Positions 28,746 to 39,263 are shown, numbered from the stretch's first letter. The stretch is 43,267 nt of DNA from an uncultured Lachnospiraceae bacterium (GCA_946183625.1 CAMHCL010000001.1:1-43267); one strand, 5' to 3'. Made by a program: numbers and translations. Notes: generated by a model not told the origin, from the sequence alone.

Positions 28746-29309
28746 CTACCGGAGGATTGCAACTATCCACTCCGGATCCGGAGCCTTCATTTCCTTATCC
28801 ATAGCCATTTCTTCCATTATTCCCTGAACCGATGACCAGAAGCATCTGGACATGAGCAACGCGCCCCCCTTGTGAAATGTACCGGCCTTCTGTCCGGCTT
28901 TTATAAGCTCTGCCGTTCCCTCAACAGTCTTAACTGAGAGTGCCAGTTTTCTGGCCTCCTCCGGCATTCCTGGTCTTCTTACCTGTCCCATGAGAACAAA
29001 CATATTGAATACCCAAGGCTGCTGCTTGGCATACGCAAACAACTGGGTCAGAAATCCTGTAAGAAATACATCCGGTGGAAGATCAGGAACCTGATCAGCC
29101 ACCTTGGTTCCTTCCACTCCCATCTTAACCAGTTCCAGGAGCAGTTCTTCCTTGGATTCAAAATAATGGAACATAAGCCCGGTGCTCATGGGAACCGCTG
29201 CAGCTATATCTGCAATCTTCGTATCATAATAACCACGTTCCACAAAAAGTGTCAGCGCCGTCATCAGGATTGCTTTTCTTCTTTCCTCTTTCTGTTCTGC
29301 TCTCGTCAT
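28746..29309 (-). CDS. TetR/AcrR family regulator
   Basis: ALTLFVERGYYDTKIADIA...GLMFHYFESKEEL. Confidence 0.93.
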   Translation of the reverse strand: MTRAEQKEERRKAILMTALTLFVERGYYDTKIADIAAAVPMSTGLMFHYFESKEELLLELVKMGVEGTKVADQVPDLPPDVFLTGFLTQLFAYAKQQPWVFNMFVLMGQVRRPGMPEEARKLALSVKTVEGTAELIKAGQKAGTFHKGGALLMSRCFWSSVQGIMEEMAMDKEMKAPDPEWIVAILR

Positions 29310-29386
29310 ATCCTTTTCTCCATTTTTCACGCCAATTTTCGTCGCATGTTACCTATCTATCCGTGCCACCATCCGGCACATTTTAC

Positions 29387-30883
29387 TTAAATATCTATGC
29401 TCTTCTTCTCGCTCTTAAGAATTCTCTGGATGGCGAATTTTCCACTTGCTGCAGCAACCGGAAGTCCACCCGGAGAGCTTGTCCACTGACCTGCTACATA
29501 CATGTTCTTGATTCCCTTAAGTCTGCCCTTCATCTTCAGCTGCTTTGCTTCAGGTGTTGTTGTGAAGCTCATGTAGCTTCCATGATATGCGTTGCAATAT
29601 CTCTCATAAGTAAGTGGTGTCCAGCAGTCCAGGAATTCCATGTCGCCCTTAAGTTCTGGGAAGGTGTCCTCTATACGCTTCTGAACCTCTGCTGTAAGCT
29701 CTTCCTTCACCTGACGATACTCTTCTTCAGAAAGGCTCTTCCAGTATTCAAAATCCTCATCAACCTGAGTGATGCAGGTCTGGATAACCTGTCTGCCATC
29801 CTTTACGAAGATTGGATCATAGCCATAAGCCTTCACATACATTCTGTCAAATGTTCTGTTGCCCACCTTTATAGGATCAACGTCGATAAATATAGTCTCG
29901 CCTCTATTATATTCCTCGCTCACTGCAAATGCGATCTGGAAACCGCTGGTTGCAGGATACTTCTTAGGTGATTCATATGCAGCCTTGAATTCCTTTGGCA
30001 TGTAGCCTTCTGGAAGGAACTTGTTGAAGAGAACATGTGTATCAACTGTTGGGATTATATAGTCAGCTCCCACAAATGCTCCATCTTCGAGCTTGATTCC
30101 TGTAGCAATCTTCTTCTCAATAACTATCTTCTCAGTACTTGCATTGTAGAATATCTTGCCGCCCAGTTCCTTGAATCTGTTCTCCATTCTGAGTGACATC
30201 TGAAGAGATGCTCCCATAGGGATCTTGCCGTTTCCATCAGCCATTGTTGCGTACGATACTAGGAATGCATATGCACAGTATTCCTTTGGAAGATAATCGC
30301 ACATCAGTCTCTGAAGTAATGGGGACTTAAATCTCTTGCTATACTCTCCAAGAGATATCTTGCCGAACTCCTTCATAACCTTAGGGAAGTCAGCCATATC
30401 CTTGCCCATTTCGATGTAATCCTTTACGCTCCACATTTCCATTGGTTTCTTAGCTGGGAACAGGCACTGCTTTGAATATTCTACATACTGGATGAATTTC
30501 TTTATCTCAACTTCATCTTCAGGAGAGAGCTCGATGAGCTCGCGCTCTGTTCTCTCCAGATCATTCCAAAGTGTTGCTGTTCTGCCTTCATACATGCATG
30601 TATAGAATGCATTTATTTTAGCATATTCCATGTCATCTGATAAAGCCCCAACCTTCTTCCATACATCATACATCTCTGTGTCTTTTCTTGTACCTGTGAG
30701 CCAGTGAATGCAGTTATCAATGTGGTAACCCTTTCTATTCCATCCGATGCACTCGCCACCTGGAATAGCGTTCTTCTCATATATCTCAACCTCAAAGCCT
30801 GAAAGCAGTCCATATATTCCTGCTGTTAAACCTGCGATACCTCCACCAATTACAACGATCTTCTCTTTCTTTGCTGAATTCAT
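29387..30883 (-). CDS. Phytoene desaturase-family FAD-dependent oxidoreductase
   Basis: GGGIAGL Rossmann motif, EK...GG, TPLTYERY, NMYVAGQW...GGLP; start at the ATG after GGAGGA. Confidence 0.88.
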   Translation of the reverse strand: MNSAKKEKIVVIGGGIAGLTAGIYGLLSGFEVEIYEKNAIPGGECIGWNRKGYHIDNCIHWLTGTRKDTEMYDVWKKVGALSDDMEYAKINAFYTCMYEGRTATLWNDLERTERELIELSPEDEVEIKKFIQYVEYSKQCLFPAKKPMEMWSVKDYIEMGKDMADFPKVMKEFGKISLGEYSKRFKSPLLQRLMCDYLPKEYCAYAFLVSYATMADGNGKIPMGASLQMSLRMENRFKELGGKIFYNASTEKIVIEKKIATGIKLEDGAFVGADYIIPTVDTHVLFNKFLPEGYMPKEFKAAYESPKKYPATSGFQIAFAVSEEYNRGETIFIDVDPIKVGNRTFDRMYVKAYGYDPIFVKDGRQVIQTCITQVDEDFEYWKSLSEEEYRQVKEELTAEVQKRIEDTFPELKGDMEFLDCWTPLTYERYCNAYHGSYMSFTTTPEAKQLKMKGRLKGIKNMYVAGQWTSSPGGLPVAAASGKFAIQRILKSEKKSIDI

Positions 30884-30918
30884 TTTTATTTCCTCCACTT
30901 TTGAAATTTATGTTTTGT

Positions 30919-30975
30919 TGAATGTGTATTCATTGAATGTATATTCAATATACAGCATCAAAAGTGGTTTGTCAA
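30919..30975 (-). promoter_or_regulatory. Promoter with tandem TetR-type operators
   Basis: TTGACA-N17-TATATT; palindromes TGAATGTGTATTCA (30919-30932) and TGAATGTATATTCA (30934-30947) just downstream of the -10. Confidence 0.75.
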
Positions 30976-31004
30976 CAGAAAATTGAATTTAAATTCAACG
31001 AAAT

Positions 31005-31030
31005 AAAAAACGGCACCGAGTGCCGTTTTT
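31005..31030. terminator. Intrinsic terminator
   Basis: AAAAAACGGCAC-cga-GTGCCGTTTTT. Confidence 0.85.
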
Positions 31031-31038
31031 ACATCTAT

Positions 31039-32694
31039 TTATTTTATCAGGTCTGCTTTCGTGATCGTCATCAGATCATCCGTATTATCGAGGCCTGCAG
31101 TTCCGAGTTCCATAAGGCGGTTTGCCTGGTTGGAGATAACTTTCTCGAAGTAGTTACGTACGGAACGTGCGTTACCGAAGTTCTCTTCTTCTTCGGCTCT
31201 TATCTTCTGGATGGCATCGAGGATCACTTCATCTGTTCCTTCTTCAAGAACGAAGTCCTGGCCGGATACGTATTCCTTAAATATCTGAAGCAGCTCATCA
31301 TCTGAATAGTCGTTGAACTGTATGTATCTGTTGAAACGCGAACGCAGTCCAGGGTTGGAATTGATGAAATCCTTCATCTCTTCTGTATAACCCGCAACGA
31401 TAACTATGAGATTATCTCTGTTATCCTCCATCAATTTAAGAAGTGTGTTGATAGCTTCCTGACCGAAATCGCCTTCATTTTCTGACACAAGGGAATATGC
31501 CTCATCTATAAAGAGGATTCCGCCCATCGCTTGCTTTACAACTTCTGAAACCTTCTCTGCTGTCTGGCCCATGTAGCCTGCAACCATTCCGGTACGGTCT
31601 GTCTCTATCATATGACCCTTCTCAAGGATTCCCAAAGTCTTATATATCTTACCTATGGCTCTTGCTATAGTTGTCTTACCTGTACCAGGATTCCCCGTGA
31701 ATACCAGATGTCTTGAAACCACCGGACTCTTAAGCCCTTTCCTACGACGCATTTCATTTATTAGCATCATATTGACCATGTCGTGGATCTCTTTCTTTAC
31801 ATTTCCGAGTCCCACAAGGCCATCAACGTCATTAAGGATTTCATGAATGGTATCCATATCTATAGGATTACTTTCTTCAGCTTTAGCTGTAGAAGTTGTC
31901 CTGTGAGGTGAACTGAAGGAAGCAAGCTTAAGATCTCCTCTGTAGCTCTCAAGCTGAGTCTCTACAACATTCTTATCATTGAATTCCTTAGCACTATTAT
32001 CTGATTCCTTGAACTCCTCAAGAGGATGTTTGGTAACATCTATACCTTCATCCTGTCTTGGCTGAACCTTCATTTTCAGGCCACCATTACTCATGGCCTT
32101 CTTTTCTTCCGGCGCATCTACGTACTTCACCTCAAGAGGTTTTCTCTGGGCAAGTCTGCTCTTAGTGAAATTAACTGCCTCATCCAGCTGGGAACTCGAA
32201 AATCCATCCAGCTCTTCCATCCTGAAGATAAAATTCAGAATATTGTTGATGAAATAGCTCTGTATCATAACGCAGAATTTAAGAGTAGCACCTGTACAGT
32301 TCAGGATGATATTACCAAATTCCTTCATAGCCCCATAAAGCACACGGGTATTCTCAAGAAAACAGTTCGGGGAAGGATTTTCACTCTTCTCCAGCTCCGC
32401 AACTGTCTTGATGGAAATCGGAATTTTCTTCATATAACTTTCATCAGACAGATAGTCCAGTCCATAGCTCTTAGACAGAATGCTGTAATCAAAATCCACG
32501 CCAAATGTCCTGCTGATCACATCGATTTCCTTACTATCCACATAGCCATCGCTGACCGCGATCATAAAGGCCATTCGTATGGTATCATCACAGAACTGAT
32601 AGAAAAGCTCATTTCCTGACGCTCCAGGAATACGCTTCTCATAGTTCTCACATATTACTTTACATTTATTAAGTACAACACCAATCGGTTCCAC
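31039..32694 (-). CDS. CbbX/SpoVK-family AAA+ ATPase with TerB-like N-terminus
   Basis: GNPGTGKTT, YMGQTA pore loop, FIDEAY, NPGLRSRF, FGNARSVRN; N-terminal IAVSDGYVDSKEIDVI. Confidence 0.85.
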   Translation of the reverse strand: MEPIGVVLNKCKVICENYEKRIPGASGNELFYQFCDDTIRMAFMIAVSDGYVDSKEIDVISRTFGVDFDYSILSKSYGLDYLSDESYMKKIPISIKTVAELEKSENPSPNCFLENTRVLYGAMKEFGNIILNCTGATLKFCVMIQSYFINNILNFIFRMEELDGFSSSQLDEAVNFTKSRLAQRKPLEVKYVDAPEEKKAMSNGGLKMKVQPRQDEGIDVTKHPLEEFKESDNSAKEFNDKNVVETQLESYRGDLKLASFSSPHRTTSTAKAEESNPIDMDTIHEILNDVDGLVGLGNVKKEIHDMVNMMLINEMRRRKGLKSPVVSRHLVFTGNPGTGKTTIARAIGKIYKTLGILEKGHMIETDRTGMVAGYMGQTAEKVSEVVKQAMGGILFIDEAYSLVSENEGDFGQEAINTLLKLMEDNRDNLIVIVAGYTEEMKDFINSNPGLRSRFNRYIQFNDYSDDELLQIFKEYVSGQDFVLEEGTDEVILDAIQKIRAEEEENFGNARSVRNYFEKVISNQANRLMELGTAGLDNTDDLMTITKADLIK

Positions 32695-32733
32695 TTTAAT
32701 CTCCTAACATATATAGTACATTTAACCACTGAA

Positions 32734-33993
32734 CTAATCCTGTTTCTTCTTAATCCTGTGGATCGTCATAACTGTATTATTTCCAATCGTTGATATTCCC
32801 ACTATATTCTTACCATAAGATATCACAGGCGGGATAAACGAGAAGAAATCAATCTTATAAGCCCCATATGTATCAGCTATATCCAGCTTCGTAAGATTCG
32901 TTATAGACAGATCCTTGGTCTTCTTTCCGTAACCCAGGATACTTGCCAGTCTTCCCGATGTCCTGCTGTGAAATGTACCGGCATGCTCCAGATTTATAGC
33001 GTCCACAAGAGATGGCCTGAAAGCAGCCATGAAAGGAAGAATGAACATACGTGATTCTTCATCCTCCAGTTTCTTCGTCATACGCTTCTGGACCTTAATT
33101 ACATTTGACTTAAATGACTTATCATAATTGTAAGCATACTTGATGGAAATACCAGTGGCCTGATTGCCCATGCAGCGGTTTCCATCTCCCCGGGCATCCA
33201 CCGCATAACCGATATCCAGCTTTCTGCCCAGCCTGCGAAGGAAAGCTGTTGTGACATAGGCAGTGAATCCAACGTTCCACTCCCTGCATCTCTTCATTAT
33301 TTTCTTCACCGTTTCAGGTTTAATTATGTATTCACTTACCACTGACTCTCTGTCAGCCCAATAGTTCTGGTAAGCCTCGTCCATGTCATCATAGTTAAAT
33401 GTTCTGGCTTCAGTTTCCTTATCCCATCTGATGTTGTAGATCTTAGGAACCAGTACCAGTGGTCCGATCCTATCCTTTAATGCCTCATCACTTATATCCC
33501 CTGCCGGGATAGTACGGATCTCATCCTGTTCTAAGGTTTCTCCGGACAGCGCCTTCATAAAGGACTCAATGAAGTATACAAAGGACTTGCCATCTCCTCC
33601 CAGATGATGCATCAGGAAGAGTATCTTGCAGCCTTCGTCACTTAGTTCGTAGCAAAAAGCTTTTAAGTATTCGCCTTCTTCTATTTTAAACCTGACCTTC
33701 TCTTCACGTTTTAATATATCCATCCATGGCGAAGCTTCGAAGAATATCTTATTATTATCAGCTTTTATCTCGGATGCATCGTCTCCAACGCTTTCATAAA
33801 ATGCTGTTCCATCATCCTGTATGCATACCCTTGTTGCAAGGATCTTGTGGGCAGCGACAGCTTTTTGGAATGCGTCTTTTATAGCATCCTCCGATACATT
33901 TCCACTTATATGAACACGCATGGATATAAGAATGCTGACATCGAAGAGATCAGCTCTTTCTGTTTCAATTTTTGTGATCATCATATTATTCAC
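32734..33993 (-). CDS. Condensation-domain / CoA-dependent acyltransferase family protein
   Basis: HHLGGDG (HHxxxDG), AVDAR, MGN, SITNL. Confidence 0.75.
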   Translation of the reverse strand: MNNMMITKIETERADLFDVSILISMRVHISGNVSEDAIKDAFQKAVAAHKILATRVCIQDDGTAFYESVGDDASEIKADNNKIFFEASPWMDILKREEKVRFKIEEGEYLKAFCYELSDEGCKILFLMHHLGGDGKSFVYFIESFMKALSGETLEQDEIRTIPAGDISDEALKDRIGPLVLVPKIYNIRWDKETEARTFNYDDMDEAYQNYWADRESVVSEYIIKPETVKKIMKRCREWNVGFTAYVTTAFLRRLGRKLDIGYAVDARGDGNRCMGNQATGISIKYAYNYDKSFKSNVIKVQKRMTKKLEDEESRMFILPFMAAFRPSLVDAINLEHAGTFHSRTSGRLASILGYGKKTKDLSITNLTKLDIADTYGAYKIDFFSFIPPVISYGKNIVGISTIGNNTVMTIHRIKKKQD

Positions 33994-33997
33994 CTTA

Positions 33998-36628
33998 CTA
34001 AAGATTTCTTTCCTTTTTTATATCAAGTCTTTCTTTCGCAAGTGTAATTGCAGCATTTATCATTACTCCGATTACTGCTATAACAAGAATAACCAGGATG
34101 TCACCCACGCCTACAACTGCAAGCTTAAGGAGTTTGCGGATCGGAGGAATGATGAGAATAAGTATCTGTGCTGCTATACCAGCTAATGTTATATAATTCA
34201 GTGCCTTGTTGTTCCATGATTCCTTAGTGAAGAATGCCAGACTTCCCTTGGTCTTGCAGACATAAGCCATGAGCATCTCATTAATAGCAAGAGTGCTGAA
34301 GCAGTAAGTTCTACACATAGCAAGAAGTGCAGGATCACCATTTAAGTTACCAAGTATATCTCCTGTTCCATACTTTGCGATAACAGGAAGAAGGAACGCA
34401 AGCAGTGCAACGAATCCGCTGATAACGCCCTGGATTACTATGTTGAGGTAATCGCTCTTGTTGAGGATTCCCGCTTTTACGTCTCTAGGTTTTTCATTCA
34501 TTACTGTATCAGAACCCACATCCATACCAAGTGCAAGGGATGGTGCAGTATCTGTAAGCAGATTAACCCACAGTATCTGAATTGTGGAAAGTGGTGAAGA
34601 GAATCCGGCAAATATAGCGGATGCCATCAGCACAACTTCACCGAAGTTTGATCTGAGCAGGTATACTACTGACTTCTTGATATTGTTGAAAAGGTTTCTT
34701 CCTTCCATTACCGCATTCTTGATGGTAATGAAATTATCATCTACAAGGATCATTTCAGCTGCATCCTTTGCAACCTCTGTTCCACCGATACCCATAGCAA
34801 CACCGATGTCTGCAGCCTTAAGTGATGGAGCATCATTTACACCGTCACCTGTCATGGAGCATATCTTACCATGAGACTGGAACGCCTGAACGATCTGAAC
34901 CTTATTCTCAGGTGATACACGTGCAAATACGCGATAGTTCAGTACATTATTCTTGAACTCTTCAGGATCCATTTCATCAATCTCAGCACCTGAGATACAT
35001 TGTTCAATATCGGTAGCTATATCAAGTTCTTTAGCGATGGCAAATGCAGTGATCTTATGGTCACCAGTGATCATTGCTACATCAATTCCTGCGTGATGAC
35101 ATTCATCAACTGTTTCTCTAACGCCTTCCTTCGGTGGGTCGATCATAGCTGACAAACCTACGAATATCATATCCTTCTCCTGAGGAGTGCTGTCACCTTC
35201 TCTATAGGCCAGAGCCAGCACACGGAGAGCATCTGAACTCATGTGGTCAGCAGACTGCGTAGCAAGAAGTATATCTTCATTTGTTATCTCTCTTACGCCG
35301 TTCTCGTCGAGAATTCTATCGCATCTTACGATTACAGAATCAATAGCGCCCTTTGTAAAGGATACATCCTTTGTAACTCCATTTTCTTCTATATGACCCA
35401 GTGTGGTCATCATCTTTCTGTCAGAGTCGAAAGGAATCTCATCGAAACGATCTATGTGGGACATGATCTGGTCGTATTCCAGTTTATTGTCCTTAGCATA
35501 CTTAATAAATGCAGTCTCTGTAGGGTCACCGATTTCCTCGCCGGTTTCCTCTGAATACTTAGCATCATTACATGCCAGGAAGCCTGTGAGCAGCTGCTTA
35601 AATACAGGATCATTTACAGATGTTTTCTCAGGTTCTATCTCTTCTCCCAGGAAGAACCATCTGACTACAGTCATTCTGTTCTGTGTCAGGGTACCAGTCT
35701 TATCGGAACAGATTACATTTACCGCACCCAGAGTCTCTACTGCATGTATCTGCTTAACGATCGCATTTCTCTTACTCATCTTCTGGATACCGGAAGAGAG
35801 AACAAGTGTAACTACTGTAGCAAGTCCCTCAGGGATTACAGCAACTGCAAATGCGATGGATATCATCAGAGTTTCGATGACCTCAGTTTTATATATGAAT
35901 ATCTGGCATACGAACATAAGGATACAGAGAACAACGCCTGCAATTCCAAGTACCATGGAAATGCTGTTGAGGTTCTTCTGAAGCGGTGTCTCCTGCTTAG
36001 TGATCTTATGAAGCATGCTTGAGATCTTACCAATCTCAGTATCATCACCGATCTTCTCTACAGTACCTTCACCACGGCCATATTCAACAAGGGTGGACAT
36101 GAAAGCCTTGTCCTTACGGTCTCCGAGAGGTGTCTTCTCATCACTCTTTTCATTGCAATCCTTCTCAACCGCAACACTTTCACCTGTAAGAGCAGATTCA
36201 TTTATCTTAAGAGAACTGGTCTGCTCAAGAGCCAGGTCTGCAGGTATTATACGACCTGCTTCCAAAATTACGTAATCACCTACAACAAGGTCTGCAGCAG
36301 GTATTTCCTTCTGTTCCCCATCTCTTACAACTACTGCTGTAGATGCATTTATCTGTTTAAGTGCTTCAACGGATTTTTCAGCTGATACTTCCTGCACTGT
36401 TCCAATGATAACATTTGCAAGAACAACAACTATGATGATTATTCCGTCGATCAATTCTCCTGTGGCAATAGAGATTACTGCTGCTACGATGAGCAGTATC
36501 AGAAGTGGTGATGCAAACTGTCCCAGGATTATGGAGAAGATACTCTTCTTCTTGCCCTGCGTCAGTACATTTTTACCATTCTTCGCTCTCTCCAGAGCTT
36601 CCGCTGTTGTTAAACCCTTTTCGTTCAT
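33998..36628 (-). CDS. Cation-translocating P-type ATPase (Ca2+-type, PII)
   Basis: TGES, PEGL, DKTGT, TGDH, GDGVND, ILWVNL. Confidence 0.95.
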   Translation of the reverse strand: MNEKGLTTAEALERAKNGKNVLTQGKKKSIFSIILGQFASPLLILLIVAAVISIATGELIDGIIIIVVVLANVIIGTVQEVSAEKSVEALKQINASTAVVVRDGEQKEIPAADLVVGDYVILEAGRIIPADLALEQTSSLKINESALTGESVAVEKDCNEKSDEKTPLGDRKDKAFMSTLVEYGRGEGTVEKIGDDTEIGKISSMLHKITKQETPLQKNLNSISMVLGIAGVVLCILMFVCQIFIYKTEVIETLMISIAFAVAVIPEGLATVVTLVLSSGIQKMSKRNAIVKQIHAVETLGAVNVICSDKTGTLTQNRMTVVRWFFLGEEIEPEKTSVNDPVFKQLLTGFLACNDAKYSEETGEEIGDPTETAFIKYAKDNKLEYDQIMSHIDRFDEIPFDSDRKMMTTLGHIEENGVTKDVSFTKGAIDSVIVRCDRILDENGVREITNEDILLATQSADHMSSDALRVLALAYREGDSTPQEKDMIFVGLSAMIDPPKEGVRETVDECHHAGIDVAMITGDHKITAFAIAKELDIATDIEQCISGAEIDEMDPEEFKNNVLNYRVFARVSPENKVQIVQAFQSHGKICSMTGDGVNDAPSLKAADIGVAMGIGGTEVAKDAAEMILVDDNFITIKNAVMEGRNLFNNIKKSVVYLLRSNFGEVVLMASAIFAGFSSPLSTIQILWVNLLTDTAPSLALGMDVGSDTVMNEKPRDVKAGILNKSDYLNIVIQGVISGFVALLAFLLPVIAKYGTGDILGNLNGDPALLAMCRTYCFSTLAINEMLMAYVCKTKGSLAFFTKESWNNKALNYITLAGIAAQILILIIPPIRKLLKLAVVGVGDILVILVIAVIGVMINAAITLAKERLDIKKERNL

Positions 36629-36775
36629 TTCATACCTCTAGTTATTTACTGTTTATTTTTTGATAATACAGATGTAAAATCACCTTTTTGCATCTGCAAA
36701 ACACTAATTAAATATAACATAAATCTGATAGTTTGAATATACAGAAGTACAATCAGAAGACATATCGTGAAATAT

Positions 36776-36797
36776 AAAAGGAGCCCGCAGGCTCCTT
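36776..36797 (-). terminator. Intrinsic terminator after the GNAT gene
   Basis: AAGGAGCC-tgc-GGGCTCCTTTT on the minus strand. Confidence 0.7.
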
Positions 36798-36823
36798 GTT
36801 GATCAGACGAGTTTTCGAACATT

Positions 36824-37567
36824 TTATAGAACTTCATATGCTGTGTATTCATGGTCAAATTCATAACCCAGTTTTTCTGATAAATGTACTGAATTCATAG
36901 TCATTGCATCCCAGCTCGGATAAAGCCCCTCTTCAAGGCAGACAAGGATCAGCGCTGCACAGGCAATGCTGGCAAGTCCCTTACGTCTCTCTTCCATCAC
37001 TGTGTCGACTTCAATCTCTATACCTTCCTTATATCTGGTGTAGGAAGATGCTCCGGATACAACTCTTCCATCCTTTATGATGGCCATACCGCGCCCCAGT
37101 TCCAGGTAAGCTTCCTTGCTGTCAAATGAGGAAACGAAGTCCTGAGTCTGAGCATCCTGAAGGCACAGATCATAAACCTCAGAATTGATCGGGCTTATTT
37201 CATAACCCTCTGGAAGCTTTGCAACGTCAGCCTTAAGCTTTTCAACGTCAAACTTTGTATCTTTTTTAATGGCATATCGCGTAATCTTTTTTGCTTTTGG
37301 AAAACACTCCTCAATCAGCTTTTCCCATTCCTCATTCTGAGGAACCACGATTGCAAAGCCATTTGGTTTTCCTTCAACCAGTTCCTTGTCAGGCGCGCCA
37401 GCCAGGAAGGCAAAGCATCCCACATAAGCCATGGCTGACTTCGGTGTTGTCCTGTCAGTCACATAGATCTTACCCATGACCTTCTGCAGACATGAATAGA
37501 TCAGAGTCTCCTCCCAGCCTGCAAATAATCCTTCTACTAATGATGTATCTGATAATTCGTATATCAT
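36824..37567 (-). CDS. GNAT family N-acetyltransferase
   Basis: IEIEVDT...RRKGLA...YPSWDA...SVHLSEKLGY. Confidence 0.9.
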   Translation of the reverse strand: MIYELSDTSLVEGLFAGWEETLIYSCLQKVMGKIYVTDRTTPKSAMAYVGCFAFLAGAPDKELVEGKPNGFAIVVPQNEEWEKLIEECFPKAKKITRYAIKKDTKFDVEKLKADVAKLPEGYEISPINSEVYDLCLQDAQTQDFVSSFDSKEAYLELGRGMAIIKDGRVVSGASSYTRYKEGIEIEVDTVMEERRKGLASIACAALILVCLEEGLYPSWDAMTMNSVHLSEKLGYEFDHEYTAYEVL

Positions 37568-37642
37568 TGCGTCTCCTTTGTTCTACAAGATAATGCAAAA
37601 ATGTTCCTATGTTCATTATATGTCATTTCACAAATTTAACGA

Positions 37643-38449
37643 TCATCTACCACAAAAAGTGAATATGCGGTCATAGAAGTCCTTGGCCTCCTCAAAGGCA
37701 CCATGTCCAAGTCCTTCATAGACGTAAAGTTCGCTATTTGGTATTCCGTCCTTCAGCTCGCCGGCCGCATCATTTCCAACCGTCTTATCATCTTCTCCTG
37801 CTATTATATATGTGTTTGCAGTAATCTCTGATAATCTGTCACGGACATCGAACTTTAGTATTGCATTGGCATTTCTGTAAAACCTCTCATAGCTGGAGGG
37901 TTTCGTAAACTTCGCCATTATCGGAAAGAACTTTCTGTTTTTAGCCAGATATCTATCTGAGTACATTTTATCAGCAGTATCAATCATAAGTTCGGTATGG
38001 TTGCCACTATCCGCCATCTTGATCCAGCCTGAAACCGCATCATAAGAAACATTATTTACGCTTGGTGCCGTAACAGCAAGCACTAACTTCTCTACAACCT
38101 CCGGATGATTTAAGGCGATGCACTGGGCTATCATTCCGCCCTGTGAAACTCCGCACACATAGGCCTTATCTATTCCCAGCTTCTTCATAGCAGTAACCTG
38201 ATCATCTGCCATATCCTGTATGCTGTAATCTTCAGGCATTTTATTCTTACGGCTGAACATATAGATTGTATAATCCTTTAGATATTTTTTATAAGGGCCC
38301 ACCAGCAGGCGAGCTTTACCCTTTACTGTTGTAAGCCCGTCACTGAGCCCCGGAAGCATGACCATCTTCCTGCTTCCTTTGCCAAAGAACACATAATACA
38401 TTTCAGTATCACCTATTTCAACGCAGCCATTAACTATATTCTTTCCCAT
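37643..38449 (-). CDS. Alpha/beta hydrolase
   Basis: GVSQGG nucleophile elbow, GEDD, GLGH. Confidence 0.9.
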   Translation of the reverse strand: MGKNIVNGCVEIGDTEMYYVFFGKGSRKMVMLPGLSDGLTTVKGKARLLVGPYKKYLKDYTIYMFSRKNKMPEDYSIQDMADDQVTAMKKLGIDKAYVCGVSQGGMIAQCIALNHPEVVEKLVLAVTAPSVNNVSYDAVSGWIKMADSGNHTELMIDTADKMYSDRYLAKNRKFFPIMAKFTKPSSYERFYRNANAILKFDVRDRLSEITANTYIIAGEDDKTVGNDAAGELKDGIPNSELYVYEGLGHGAFEEAKDFYDRIFTFCGR

Positions 38450-38511
38450 ATCACAAGGCCTTTCTAATCTTCATACATTTATAACATCCAAATCATTCTA
38501 ACTAACACTAA

Positions 38512-39126
38512 TTAAAGTCCGTTCTTCAGCACCTTAAGATGCTTCCGTAACTGTCTGATATACTCCTTCTTCAGCTTTTCAACATCATCGTTTGGAGAGG
38601 CACTTTGCAGGAAGCTGTTATTAAATCCCGTAAGAACCCATCTCAGGATATCAGTAACTTCCCTTCTGCTATTGCTAAACCCTGACATATCTACACCTTT
38701 GAGTAACTCCTCATATATATCAGAGCTTTTCTCTCCATATCTTTCGATTATCTTCTTTCCAATCTCGGAACTAGTTTCAGCCGCAACACCTATCAGGAAC
38801 TTCCCTTCAATTGGATGCGATATATACCACGAGATTTCAGCTGCCGAATACTCAATAACCCTCTCGAATAAATCCTTCGACATCTTACTAATGTCCACAC
38901 TGGTCTCTGCAGCCATCTGAATATAGACAGTATCAATAAGATAGAAATACAATTCCTCTTTATTATCAAAATACTTAAAGAGACTACCCTTGCTGATGCC
39001 ACAATCCTTCACTATTCTATTGGTTGATCCATTCTCATAGCCATATTCTGCGAACTCCTTCAAAGCCGCCTCAACGATCCTGTCCTGCTTATCCTTATCA
39101 AGTTCAACGAAAACTTTCTTCGGCAT
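38512..39126 (-). CDS. TetR/AcrR family regulator
   Basis: EFAEYGYENGSTNRIVKDCGISKGSLFKYF. Confidence 0.93.
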   Translation of the reverse strand: MPKKVFVELDKDKQDRIVEAALKEFAEYGYENGSTNRIVKDCGISKGSLFKYFDNKEELYFYLIDTVYIQMAAETSVDISKMSKDLFERVIEYSAAEISWYISHPIEGKFLIGVAAETSSEIGKKIIERYGEKSSDIYEELLKGVDMSGFSNSRREVTDILRWVLTGFNNSFLQSASPNDDVEKLKKEYIRQLRKHLKVLKNGL

Positions 39127-39147
39127 TTTATAAACTCCTTTTAATTC

Positions 39148-39234
39148 AGTGACCAGTCGGTCATTATCAAAGTTAAATTATAGTGACCACATGGTCACTA
39201 TAATTATAATACGCTTTAAAATTTCTGTTGTCAA
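39148..39234 (-). promoter_or_regulatory. Promoter with two TetR-type operators
   Basis: TTGACA-N17-TATTAT; palindromes AATTATAGTGACCA-ca-TGGTCACTATAATT (39176-39205) and AGTGACC-agtc-GGTCATT (39148-39165). Confidence 0.8.
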
Positions 39235-39263
39235 CCATGAAAATCTCAATTAATTAAACTATC

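Noticed and set aside
29249-29971. 240-aa plus-strand ORF and other antisense ORFs (e.g. 22347-22946, 32026-32619, 35403-35981, 42636-43157)
   Set aside because: Shadow ORFs opposite well-supported genes, with no motifs
29387-30883. crtI carotenoid pathway
   Set aside because: No crtB/crtE nearby; only family-level similarity
32734-33993. NRPS cluster
   Set aside because: No adenylation or thiolation domains nearby; the ACP gene is more than 32 kb away
36646-36864. 72-aa minus-strand ORF
   Set aside because: Overlaps the GNAT 3' end and crosses its terminator; no RBS
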